A stretch of 64,000 nucleotides of DNA from Deltaproteobacteria bacterium (GTDB lineage: Bacteria; Lernaellota; Lernaellaia; JACKCT01), in the NCBI GenBank assembly GCA_020845895.1, contig JADLEX010000047.1, positions 13,073-77,072 of the forward strand, written 5' to 3'. A model generated the notes under the pieces. The model made no database searches and was not told the DNA's origin. It saw only the letters and a program-made list of their open reading frames with translations. Below, one piece after another: positions 29,867-39,308 of the stretch (positions within the stretch are counted from its first letter, which is position 1; each line of letters opens with the position of its first letter). The position numbers and the translations under genes were made by a program.

Positions 29867-30226
29867 GTGATGAAACGCTCGTTCCTTGGGGTCCTGTCGG
29901 TCTGCGTCGTTGCGCTCTCGATCGGCGTCTTCGCGTGCGATGGCGGCGACGGCGACGGCGAGACGTCGTGGGATCAGCTTTCGGGTCAGGATGACGCGAT
30001 CGATCAGTGCATCGCGCTGTGCGAATACGCGCTCGCCGACGAGCTGGATCTCTCCGACGGCCCGTGCCTGTCGGAAGAGGTGGTCGAGGACTGGGTGTGC
30101 GACGTGGCGCACAATCCGCGCACCGACGTGGATGACCTCGACACGAATCAGTGCGACAACTTCGGCGAGGGCGCGGCGCACTTCGTCGAGGTGACGCCCG
30201 ATTGCGAATTCATCAAGGCCGGTTGA
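29867..30226 (+). CDS. small acidic Cys-rich lipoprotein
   Basis: lipobox GVFAC followed by DGGDGDGE; 10 Cys in 119 aa. Confidence 0.5.
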   Translation: MMKRSFLGVLSVCVVALSIGVFACDGGDGDGETSWDQLSGQDDAIDQCIALCEYALADELDLSDGPCLSEEVVEDWVCDVAHNPRTDVDDLDTNQCDNFGEGAAHFVEVTPDCEFIKAG

Positions 30227-30274
30227 GCGGGCGAGGCGGCGCCGGGTCGCCGTTATCGAGATCGGAGTCGCGCC

Positions 30275-31942
30275 ATGCTTCGAAATGACCTCACGTCGAT
30301 TCTCGCAGTCCTCGCGTTCGCGTGTTTCGCGGCGGGATGCGGCGGCGGTTCGTCGTCGGATTCCGGCGACGGTGCTGACGGCGACGCAGTCGATGACGAT
30401 TCGGTTACCGATGACGACGCGGCCGACGACGACGACACGTCGGTCGATGACGATACGACGGATGACGATTCATCCGATGACGATACGACGGACGATGACA
30501 CGTCGGATGATGACGCCGACGACGACACGTCCGACGACGACGACGACGATACGGGGGATGATGACACGACACCGTGCCCCGACGCGGATGGCGATGGATA
30601 CACCGACGCGGCCTGCGGCGGCGAGGATTGCAACGACGCCGATGACGCGGTGAATCCCGACGCGCTCGATGTGTGCGGCGACGACATCGACAATGACTGC
30701 GACGACACGGTCGACAATCCTGAAAATCCGCCGGTGGACCTGCCGGGATTCCTGCTTGGCGTGTGCGGCAGCGGCGGCGATCCCAAGGTGCTGTTGCCGG
30801 AACTGGGTATCGCATGGCACCGGCCCACGTTTTCGTGGATCTCGTTCGAACCGGAAGTCACCGATCCCGATCTGACGATGGCCGAGATCGAAGCCGATCC
30901 CACGATCATCGACGATTACATCGACGCGAAGAACTGGACGGGGATCGACGCGAACGCGAAATCCATGCTCGATGCGGGACTGACGCTCATGCCCATCGTC
31001 GGTCACGGCTACACGACCACGCTGCCCTATATCGATGGTGATCGCGCAACGCCGGATCGACTCGGCCGCGAGCAATACCTGGCGCAGCAATACCGCGAGG
31101 TGCGCGCGCTGGTGGAGCGCTACGACGGCGACGGCTACAAGGACGCGACCGACATCGTCATCAAATTCTGGCAGACCGAAAACGAACTGAATCAGGCGAT
31201 GCTGACGGGCATCTACGGCTGGCGCTCACCGGAATGGTTCGACGCGTTCGCGTCGGCGTGGGGCGATTGGGATTTCATCACCGAGCTGCTCGCCACCCTT
31301 TACCGCGCCGTCCACGACGCCGATCCCGACGCGATCACCACGCAGAACCTGCACACCGACATCCATCCGAACTACTCGGCGCTACTGGGCCAGCCGTCGT
31401 GGATCGAGGCCGCGACCCTGTGGCGCGATTACGTCGACCTCATGGGCTTCGATGCCTACCCCAACTATTACGTGGCCGAGCCGGTGATGGGCGAGGTGGT
31501 GGGTGAGCGGGCCGAGACGATCGCCGAGGCGTCGTGCGGTAAGCCGGTGATCGCGATGGAGATCGGCTATCCCAAGGGACCGGTCGAATTGGGCTTTTCG
31601 GCCGAGTCGCAGGCCGATTTCATCGACGAGGCATTTCACGCGGCTTACGACGCCGGCGTGGTCGGGTACTTTCATTTTGGGTTGCAAAGCGCCGATGCCG
31701 ACAGCGTGGACATCACGCCGGACGACATCGCGGCCCTCGCGGCGATCGGCCCGGATTTCACCGACGGACGCATCCTGCCCGTGCTCGCGTACCTGATCGC
31801 ACACCCCGAGGTGATCGATCCGCATTTCCTCGATGTTCTTCAGAGCGTCGAGACCTACTGGGGCGTCGTCCACAACGACGGCACACATCAACCGGGCTTT
31901 GACGTTCTCTCCGATATCGCCGACGAGATCGCCGGGCGCTAA
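30275..31942 (+). CDS. lipoprotein: poly-Asp/Ser/Thr linker, MopE-like putative metal-binding Cys motif, TIM-barrel glycoside-hydrolase-like domain
   Basis: lipobox FAAGCGGG; ~75-aa D-rich linker; CPDADGDGYTDAACGGEDCNDADDAVNPDALDVCGDDIDNDCDD; WQTENELN resembles GH catalytic NE(L/P) motif. Confidence 0.55.
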   Translation: MLRNDLTSILAVLAFACFAAGCGGGSSSDSGDGADGDAVDDDSVTDDDAADDDDTSVDDDTTDDDSSDDDTTDDDTSDDDADDDTSDDDDDDTGDDDTTPCPDADGDGYTDAACGGEDCNDADDAVNPDALDVCGDDIDNDCDDTVDNPENPPVDLPGFLLGVCGSGGDPKVLLPELGIAWHRPTFSWISFEPEVTDPDLTMAEIEADPTIIDDYIDAKNWTGIDANAKSMLDAGLTLMPIVGHGYTTTLPYIDGDRATPDRLGREQYLAQQYREVRALVERYDGDGYKDATDIVIKFWQTENELNQAMLTGIYGWRSPEWFDAFASAWGDWDFITELLATLYRAVHDADPDAITTQNLHTDIHPNYSALLGQPSWIEAATLWRDYVDLMGFDAYPNYYVAEPVMGEVVGERAETIAEASCGKPVIAMEIGYPKGPVELGFSAESQADFIDEAFHAAYDAGVVGYFHFGLQSADADSVDITPDDIAALAAIGPDFTDGRILPVLAYLIAHPEVIDPHFLDVLQSVETYWGVVHNDGTHQPGFDVLSDIADEIAGR

Positions 31943-32103
31943 CGCGGAACTAAAAATAACCTTTGGCTTTCCGCACGCGCGGCCAAGGCCGAGATTTTTC
32001 TTTTTTCCAAGTCAAAATTGTGATATTCGATACACACTAGATCCGGCGCGAAAGTGTGCGTTGGTCGATGTTTTGGATGTTTCCAAACTCTGGAGGTGGT
32101 GCG

Positions 32104-32892
32104 ATGCGCGAGTGGATGTTGGTGCTGCCGGCGATTTGCACTGCGCTGTTCCTGCTCAGCGGATGCGGCGACGATGATGACGACAACGACACGGCTCCCT
32201 CCGATGACGATGTCGATGACGACGCCGATGATGACGCGGACGACGATGCCGATGACGACGTCGACGACGATGTCGATGACGATGCGGACGACGACTCGGC
32301 CTTCCCCGATCCCTTCACGGAAGACTTCGAGAGTTACGACTTGGGGACAACGCCCAACGGTCCGTGGTCGCCGGAGTATATCGAAGGCGCCCTCGCCTTC
32401 ACTATCGTCGAGGCCGTGACCAAGGACGGATCCGGCCACGTTGTCGAATTCGACGATCCGGACGGATCTTCCTGGGGCGAGCTGCACGCGAATTTCCCCG
32501 AACAGACGAGCATGTTCACGCTGTCGTGGGATTGGTACTGGCTGTCGGGAGAAATGGCCTGCGTATCGGCGACGCACTCGGGCGGCGGCGGTTGGACCAG
32601 CCTGTTCGACGTGTGTCTCAATATCGCGCCCGACGCACACGTCGAGGCGATCAACGGCGAAGGACAGTGGATCGGCTGCGGCCTGACCGCCCTTGAAACG
32701 TGGCAGACGGTCAGCATGGTTGTGGACTCGTCCTCCATGACCTACTCGGTGCTGATCGACGGCGCGCCGAGCAGTTGCACCGACTTCGACTGGTACATGC
32801 AGAGCGGCCCCGTCGACAGCTTTTCGCTGATGGCGATCGGCGTTTACGACGGTCTTGCGCATTTCGACAACATAGCGCTCACGCACGACTGA
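32104..32892 (+). CDS. lipoprotein with poly-Asp linker and domain of unknown function
   Basis: lipobox LLSGC then DDDDDND...(DDDAx)n; AT-rich promoter-like region upstream. Confidence 0.55.
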   Translation: MREWMLVLPAICTALFLLSGCGDDDDDNDTAPSDDDVDDDADDDADDDADDDVDDDVDDDADDDSAFPDPFTEDFESYDLGTTPNGPWSPEYIEGALAFTIVEAVTKDGSGHVVEFDDPDGSSWGELHANFPEQTSMFTLSWDWYWLSGEMACVSATHSGGGGWTSLFDVCLNIAPDAHVEAINGEGQWIGCGLTALETWQTVSMVVDSSSMTYSVLIDGAPSSCTDFDWYMQSGPVDSFSLMAIGVYDGLAHFDNIALTHD

Positions 32893-32905
32893 CGCGGAGG
32901 TTGCG

Positions 32906-33436
32906 ATGATGAAACCGTTGGCATTGGCCGCGGCGGCCTTCATGGTTCTCGGAATCGTGCTCGCGGGGTTTGCCACCGCGCCGGAGGACGCCGGCGACTG
33001 CCCCGACGTCAACAGCCTCTGCTTCGACAAGGTCATGTACCTCTACGTCGAGTGCAATCTCTTTCTATACGACCCGGAGTCGGGAGAGCCGATCGACGTG
33101 GAGGATCTCGTCGCCGATTGTCAGGCGGGGACGAACGACTGGGTCAACGCCGTCATGAACTGCATCGCGGTTTTCTGCGGCGATGGGTGCGAGAAAGTCG
33201 GCGAGTGCATCGAGGAGGTGATTGGCGACGATGACGAAACCGCCGATGACGACGCCACCGATGACGACACCGACGACGACTGGCTGAATGACGACGAAAC
33301 GGACGACGATGGCGACGACGACTCCGACGACCTGTGGGACGACGATGACGAAGGCGACGACGACACGACCGCGCCGACCCCCGCGCCGAAGTCGGACGAC
33401 GATGATGACGACGATCCCTATGCCTGGTGCGCGTAA
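32906..33436 (+). CDS. secreted Cys-rich protein with poly-Asp C-terminal region
   Basis: signal peptide; 9 Cys in N-terminal half; C-terminal DDDETADDDATDDDTDDD... Confidence 0.5.
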   Translation: MMKPLALAAAAFMVLGIVLAGFATAPEDAGDCPDVNSLCFDKVMYLYVECNLFLYDPESGEPIDVEDLVADCQAGTNDWVNAVMNCIAVFCGDGCEKVGECIEEVIGDDDETADDDATDDDTDDDWLNDDETDDDGDDDSDDLWDDDDEGDDDTTAPTPAPKSDDDDDDDPYAWCA

Positions 33437-33518
33437 GCGCGAATGTGTTTGAAGAGAAGTTCGGCCGCTTCGGGAAACCGGAGCGGTCGATTCGCTTTTC
33501 AAGAGCAGGGGGCGCCGG

Positions 33519-35768
33519 TCAGTCGTCGCGAAAGGCGATGTCGGTGCCGGAAACCGGGCGCGCGAGAATCTCGAAGACGTGATCGCGCGCGACCTGCGCG
33601 TCGCGGTCCTGATAGAGCCGCTGATACATCTCCCAGTTGCGCAGAATCACTTTGACGTAGTGCCGCGTCTCGTCGAACGGGATGCGCTCGATGACCTCGT
33701 CATAGCGCCGCCCCGCGTTTTCGCCCCACCAGCGCGTGGCGCGCCCCGGTCCGGCGTTGTAGCCCGCCAGCGTGCGCGGCACGTCGCCTCCGGTTCCGTG
33801 GTAGGCGCGGGCGAAATACCACGTGCCGAAATCGACGTTGGTCTCGATGTCGTACAGATCGACCGAGCCCTTGATGCCGCGCTGTTTGGCGATGTAGCGC
33901 CCGGTCGAGGGGATCACCTGCATGAGTCCGCGCGCGGCCGCCCAGCTCTGGGCGTGCGTCTGAAACGCCGACTCCTGCTTCACGAGCGCGAGCATCAGAA
34001 ACGGATCGAGATTCTTCTCGCGGGCATTCCGTTCGATCACGTCGGCGTGCAGCATGGGGAATTGCCGCCGCGCGACGAGCTCGTGCGGGTCGACGAGCGC
34101 CCCCGCGCGGATGTGCCGCGCCGCGAGATCGGCCATGCGGATCGAATCGAGTTGCTCGCCGCATAACGCGTAGGCCACTGAGAGCGGGTAGGGCAGCGTC
34201 GAGTCCTTCTCCGCGAGCGTCCGGACGAGATCAGCATGGCGCTTGAGCGACTCGCGCTGATCGGTCTCGGCGAAAGCGCGCATGGCCGCGAAGGCTCCGC
34301 GCGTCGACTTCGACGCGGTTTGCGCCGCGCCGCCCAGCGCCGCGAGCGCGCCTGCGTCCACGGCATCGCCGCCGCCGCCCGACTGCTCTGCGTTTTCGGG
34401 CAACGTCGGTAACCCGAGCCACGAACCCCACGCCTCGGCGAGAAAACGGTTGTCGAGCCAGCGCCGTGCGCGGAAATCGCCGTGCCCCATCGCCTCCAGG
34501 CGCGCCTCGGCGGCGAGCCCGTAGTACGTGCGCGGATATCGGTCGGCGAGATCGAGGTACACGCGCTCGGCCTCGTCCGGCATCTTCGCGCCTTCGGCGG
34601 AGCGGCCCCACCAGTAGAGCGCCCGGTCGGCGTCGGCGTGGTCGGGGTCGAATCGGTAGAGCGATTCGAGCAGGCGGCGCGCATTCTTGTCGTCGCCGCC
34701 CAAGTGCGCCGCGAATCCGCCGAACCACAGCGATTCGCGCGCGATCCATCCGGTCTTCGCCACCTGATGCGCGCGTTCGAAGTCCTGCGCCGCGACGCGG
34801 AAACGATCTTCGTTGAGCGCCATGTTTCCCGACGCCCACAGCGCCTCCGCCTCGACATATGACCCCGGCGCCACGCGGGCCGCGCCGAGCAGCAGCGCGC
34901 GGCGCATGTCGAAGTCGTCCTTCGCCGCCGCGCCCACCCGTGTGTCGTAGATCGTCGCGAGCGCCCGGGCGATCTCGGAGGTCGGGTTGCTTTTCTTCGC
35001 CGAGGCGAGCGCCGAGGTCGCCTGCTTCCAGCGCCCGCGATACATCACGCATCCCACCGCGCGCATTTCCAGGATCTGCGCGGTGTCGGAGCCCGGCGCC
35101 ATGGCCTGCACGCGGTCCGCGATCCACCCGGCGGTCTGGAACCAGCCGTCGTCGAAATAGCGGTCGAACAACGCGGCCATCTCGCCCTGCGTTGGTGTGC
35201 GGGCAGATGCGCCCTTCGCGCGCAGTTCGTCCGCGAGTTGCCGCGCGTCTTTGACCACGGCGCTCTTGAATCCTTCGTGCGTTACAAGGTAAGCGTCGGC
35301 GAGCGCCTCGTGGATTCGTCCGGCGTCGGCGAGCGCTCGGGCGCGGCGAAGTGTCCAGATGTCCGGCGAGTCCTCCGGTCGGTCCGTGAGTCGGGAATCG
35401 ATCACCGCGAAGGCGTCCGCGCCGCGATGCGCCCCAATCAGAGCGTCGGCGAGATATCCCCGAACGAGATCGGCGTAAACCGAATCGGCGTGGCGGCCGA
35501 GGAACTCGCGCGCTTCCTCGATGGTCTGCGCGCCGCCTTGATCCGCCATCAGGCGCACCTGCTCGAAGTGCGCCGCCTCGGCGAGCTCGCCGCCCGCCCG
35601 CGCGACGCGGTCGAACCCGGCGAGCGCGCTCGTCGTGTCGCCCGCCGCCAGCGCTTCGCCCGCGCGCACGAACTCGTCGTCGGCGATCACGGGCGCCGCC
35701 GCGCACACGAGCGCCAACGAAATCGTCATCGCTGCGATCGACGGGACGAGCGTGTGGAGCCGAATCAT
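33519..35768 (-). CDS. slt: soluble lytic murein transglycosylase (Slt70-like: superhelical N-domain + C-terminal SLT domain)
   Basis: signal peptide; C-terminal ES..Q...S.AGA.GLMQ(V/I)...YNAGPG motifs of family-1 lytic transglycosylases. Confidence 0.8.
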   Translation of the reverse strand: MIRLHTLVPSIAAMTISLALVCAAAPVIADDEFVRAGEALAAGDTTSALAGFDRVARAGGELAEAAHFEQVRLMADQGGAQTIEEAREFLGRHADSVYADLVRGYLADALIGAHRGADAFAVIDSRLTDRPEDSPDIWTLRRARALADAGRIHEALADAYLVTHEGFKSAVVKDARQLADELRAKGASARTPTQGEMAALFDRYFDDGWFQTAGWIADRVQAMAPGSDTAQILEMRAVGCVMYRGRWKQATSALASAKKSNPTSEIARALATIYDTRVGAAAKDDFDMRRALLLGAARVAPGSYVEAEALWASGNMALNEDRFRVAAQDFERAHQVAKTGWIARESLWFGGFAAHLGGDDKNARRLLESLYRFDPDHADADRALYWWGRSAEGAKMPDEAERVYLDLADRYPRTYYGLAAEARLEAMGHGDFRARRWLDNRFLAEAWGSWLGLPTLPENAEQSGGGGDAVDAGALAALGGAAQTASKSTRGAFAAMRAFAETDQRESLKRHADLVRTLAEKDSTLPYPLSVAYALCGEQLDSIRMADLAARHIRAGALVDPHELVARRQFPMLHADVIERNAREKNLDPFLMLALVKQESAFQTHAQSWAAARGLMQVIPSTGRYIAKQRGIKGSVDLYDIETNVDFGTWYFARAYHGTGGDVPRTLAGYNAGPGRATRWWGENAGRRYDEVIERIPFDETRHYVKVILRNWEMYQRLYQDRDAQVARDHVFEILARPVSGTDIAFRDD

Positions 35769-35831
35769 CCGTCTAAGGTACCGATTTTCCGCGCTCGGGC
35801 AAGGCGCGGGCGCGCGAACGATCCCGCTACG

Positions 35832-36365
35832 CTATTCGAGATCGTGAACCGCGAGCGCTGACTGGAAGCCGGCGTTGCTTCGCAGGATCGACCCCGCGTA
35901 CGCGCCCGCCTCGGTGAGAAAACTCACGTAGTACGCTTTCTGATTATCCGAGGGATCGAGTTCGCCCGACCACAGGTCGGTCTTCGTGACCTCGAAGGGT
36001 TCGCGAATGTACGCCGTGACGGCGGTGTCCGTGCCCGTGTAAGGCCGATCGAGATCGTACAGCGCAATGAGTTCATCGACGGTCGGAAGCCGCCAGTCGG
36101 ACTTGTCCGCCTCGTCGAGACCCTCGGCCCAATCCCGCGCGTCGTCCCACGTGAGCGCCGCGCCATTGTCCTGCGTCTTCCAAAGCAGGCATTCGCAGGT
36201 CATCGTGCCGTCGCCGTTATCCTCGCAGCCGTCCACGCACTCGGTTTGTTCTTCCTCGGCCGCGTCGTCGTCATCGTCGTCATCGCCGCCGCCGCCACAT
36301 CCGATGGCGATCGTCGTCGCCGTCGCGAATACAAAAAGAATGCCGAACAGCGTGCGCATCGTCAC
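35832..36365 (-). CDS. DUF1566 (Lcl C-terminal-like) lipoprotein with poly-Asp linker
   Basis: lipobox IAIGCGGGGDDDDDDD; LWKTQDNGAALTWDDARDWAEGL...SDWRLPTVDELIALY matches DUF1566 core. Confidence 0.6.
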   Translation of the reverse strand: MTMRTLFGILFVFATATTIAIGCGGGGDDDDDDDAAEEEQTECVDGCEDNGDGTMTCECLLWKTQDNGAALTWDDARDWAEGLDEADKSDWRLPTVDELIALYDLDRPYTGTDTAVTAYIREPFEVTKTDLWSGELDPSDNQKAYYVSFLTEAGAYAGSILRSNAGFQSALAVHDLE

Positions 36366-36514
36366 GGATACCCCCGGGATTTCGAAGTGGAAAAAACAAT
36401 CTAATGGAAGGCGGCGTTCGCGGGCAATAGCGGTCCGCGCGGAGCGTGGCGCGCGTTGCCTTTTGACGGTCGCCTGCTTATGATCCGCGCTTCCTTGGAC
36501 CCCGGTTTGGGATC

Positions 36515-38146
36515 ATGAAGAAAATCCGTCTCACCCCCGAACGGCGCGAGGCCCTGCGCGAGTCGTGGCCTGCGCTGGTCACGGCGCTGCTGTACGTTCT
36601 CGCGTTTCCCTCGGCGGGGTTGTGGCCGCTCGCCTTCGTGGCGCTTGCGCCCACGCTGGCGATCGCGCAGGGCGCGAAGACGACCGAACGCACGTGGTGG
36701 TTCGGTTTTGTCGCGGGGTTCGTCGGCAATGCGGGCAAGCTCTATTGGCTTGTCTACACCATCAATCATTACGGGCACTTCCCGCTGCCCGCGGCGCTCG
36801 TCGTGTTCTCGCTATTGTGCGGATTCCTCGGCGTCTTCTGGGGCTACACGTTTTGGCTCACCCGGCGCGTCGGCGAGCGCGTCGCCTTGCCGCTCTCCGT
36901 CGTCTTTCCTCTCGCATGGATGACGCAGGAGTGGGTGCTGACGTGGTTCCTCACGGGCTTTCCGTGGTCGATGATCGGCCATGCGCTCGTGGGTTGGCTG
37001 CCGATGGCGCAGGCCGCGGATGTCATCGGCGGCCTCGGGCTTTCGTTCCCCGTCGCCCTTGGCAACGCGGTGATCTACGAAATCTGGAAATTCGCCCGCG
37101 AACGCCAATCGCGGCCGGATCGCCGATTCCCCGTCGGCGAATTCGTCACCTTCGCGATGTGGGTCGTCGCGCTGGCCGTTTACGGCTTCCTGCGCATCCC
37201 CGCCATCGATCAGCAGATGGCGTCGGGACGCGCAATTCGCGTCGGGATGACGCAGGGAAACATCGACCAGAACGAGAAGTGGAACCCCGGCAATCAGGAT
37301 CGCACCTTCGAGACCTACCTCGCGCAGGCGAAGAAGACCGTTGTGGACGGCGCGTCGCTCGTCCTGATGCCCGAAACCGCGCTGCCCTACTGGCAGACGC
37401 AGGGCCGCGCGTTGAAATCCGATCTGCGCGAATTCGTGGACGGCGTCGGCGCGTGGACGCTCATCGCGGTGCCGACGAAGGTGGAGAATCCCGACGATCC
37501 GGAGTGGCCCTACAAGTACAACTCGGTGGTGCTGGCGTCGCCCGACGGCGATTTGTCGGACTGGTACAACAAGCACCGTCTCGTGCCTTTCGGCGAGTAC
37601 CTGCCGCTGAAAAAACTCTCCGTGCCGTTGGTGAAGTGGCTGCGCTCAATCCCGGCGCTGTCCAAGCTGCGCCTCAGCGCGGGATTTTACCCCGGCGAGG
37701 AGTACATCGTCTTTCCGCACCCCGAAGGCCGCTTCGGCATGGCGATCTGCTACGAGATCATCTACCCGGGCATCGTGCGCAAGGTCGTGAACCTCGGCAC
37801 CGACTTCATGGTGACGATCACCAACGACGCGTGGTTCGGCGACACCAGCGCGCCGCATCAACACTGGGATCAGGTGCGCATGCGCGCCATCGAGCACCGC
37901 AAATATTTCGCGCGCTCGGCGAACACGGGCATCTCGGGCGTGATCGACGCGGCGGGCCGCACCAAGTCCGCGACCGGAACCTACGTGCCCGCCGCCGTGA
38001 CCGACGACGTGCGTACGATGAATGTGCAAACGATCTACTCGCGCCTCGGCGATTGGTTTCAATGGGTGTGCGTGTTAGCATTCCTGGCGTTTTCGGCCAT
38101 CGCGTATGCGCGGGCTCGCCGCGCGCGCGCCGCCGACGGAGTCTGA
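36515..38146 (+). CDS. lnt: apolipoprotein N-acyltransferase
   Basis: N-terminal multi-TM region + CN-hydrolase domain with catalytic E...K...C (ICYEIIYPG). Confidence 0.9.
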   Translation: MKKIRLTPERREALRESWPALVTALLYVLAFPSAGLWPLAFVALAPTLAIAQGAKTTERTWWFGFVAGFVGNAGKLYWLVYTINHYGHFPLPAALVVFSLLCGFLGVFWGYTFWLTRRVGERVALPLSVVFPLAWMTQEWVLTWFLTGFPWSMIGHALVGWLPMAQAADVIGGLGLSFPVALGNAVIYEIWKFARERQSRPDRRFPVGEFVTFAMWVVALAVYGFLRIPAIDQQMASGRAIRVGMTQGNIDQNEKWNPGNQDRTFETYLAQAKKTVVDGASLVLMPETALPYWQTQGRALKSDLREFVDGVGAWTLIAVPTKVENPDDPEWPYKYNSVVLASPDGDLSDWYNKHRLVPFGEYLPLKKLSVPLVKWLRSIPALSKLRLSAGFYPGEEYIVFPHPEGRFGMAICYEIIYPGIVRKVVNLGTDFMVTITNDAWFGDTSAPHQHWDQVRMRAIEHRKYFARSANTGISGVIDAAGRTKSATGTYVPAAVTDDVRTMNVQTIYSRLGDWFQWVCVLAFLAFSAIAYARARRARAADGV

Positions 38147-38147
38147 C

Positions 38148-39267
38148 GTGGAATACGATCTCAAGGTTCGCGTGGATGGTGTCATCGATCGCATCGAGGA
38201 CATCCGGAGGTATCTTTGACCTCGACGGGCAGCGAGGAGAACTCGCGCGGATCGAGGAACAAACCACCGTGCCGGAATTCTGGAGCGACGTGAAAGCCGC
38301 GAACGCGGTGATGAAGCGGAAAAAAGACCTCGAAGGGTCGATTCGCAAGGTCGAAAACCTCCTTTCCAAAAGAGAAGACCTCCTGGCCGGTTTCGAGTTG
38401 CTCGAAGCCGATCCCGATCCCGGTCTCATGGCCGAGAATCTGGCGCTTCTCGATCAGATCGAGATCGACGTCACCGCCGCCGAAGTCGCGATGCTGTTCA
38501 GTGCCGAGGCCGACAAGGCGCCGGCGCTGTGCGAAATCAACGCGGGAGCGGGCGGAACCGAGGCGCAGGACTGGGCGCAGATGCTGCTGCGCATGTATCT
38601 GCGCTGGGCCGAGGGGCGCGGATTCCAAACCGAGATCTTCGACGAGCAGCCGGGCGAAGAGGCGGGCATCAAGTCGGTGACCTTCGCCGTGCGCGGAGAA
38701 AACGCCTACGGGCTTCTCAAGGCCGAGGCGGGCGTGCATCGGCTCGTGCGCATCAGCCCATTCGACTCCAACGCGCGGCGGCATACGAGCTTTGCGAGCT
38801 TCTTCGTGTATCCCGACATCGAGGACGAGATCGAGGTCGAGATCGAGGACAAGGACCTGCGCATCGACACCTTCCGCGCCTCGGGGGCTGGCGGCCAGCA
38901 CGTCAACAAGACCTCGTCGGCCATCCGCATCACGCACTTCCCCTCGGGCATCGTCGTGCAGTGCCAGAACGAACGCAGCCAGCACAAGAACAAGGCTTAC
39001 GCGATGAAGATGCTCAAGGCGCGGCTCTACCAGTTGGAAGAGCAGAAGCGTCAGACCGAACGCGACAAGGTCAACGAGCAGAAGACCGATATCGCGTGGG
39101 GCAATCAGATCCGGTCGTACGTGCTCCAGCCGTACCGCATGGCGAAGGACCACCGCACGAATCACGAAATCGGCGACGTGGACAAGGTGCTGAACGGCTA
39201 TCTCGACGAGTTCATCAACGAGTTCCTCATCACGCGCAAGAAGAAGGAATCCACGGCGCACGGCTAG
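38148..39267 (+). CDS. prfB: peptide chain release factor 2 with programmed +1 ribosomal frameshift
   Basis: GTG 38148; frame-0 encodes VEYDLKVRVDGVIDRIEDIRRYL then in-frame TGA at 38217-38219 within canonical GGAGG-TAT-CTT-TGA-C site; +1 frame continues DLDGQRGELARIEEQ...SGAGGQHVNKT (GGQ motif)...; ORF-track 900-aa ORF 36565..39267 is an artefact of this frame. Confidence 0.9.
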
Positions 39268-39308
39268 CCGGGATCGCCGGCGCCGACGCGCGGCATTGTT
39301 TCGTCGCC

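Noticed and set aside
36565-39267. 900-aa single ORF spanning lnt and prfB
   Set aside because: It is the +1 frame of prfB running back through lnt in a non-coding frame; real genes are lnt (36515-38146, other frame) and frameshifted prfB.
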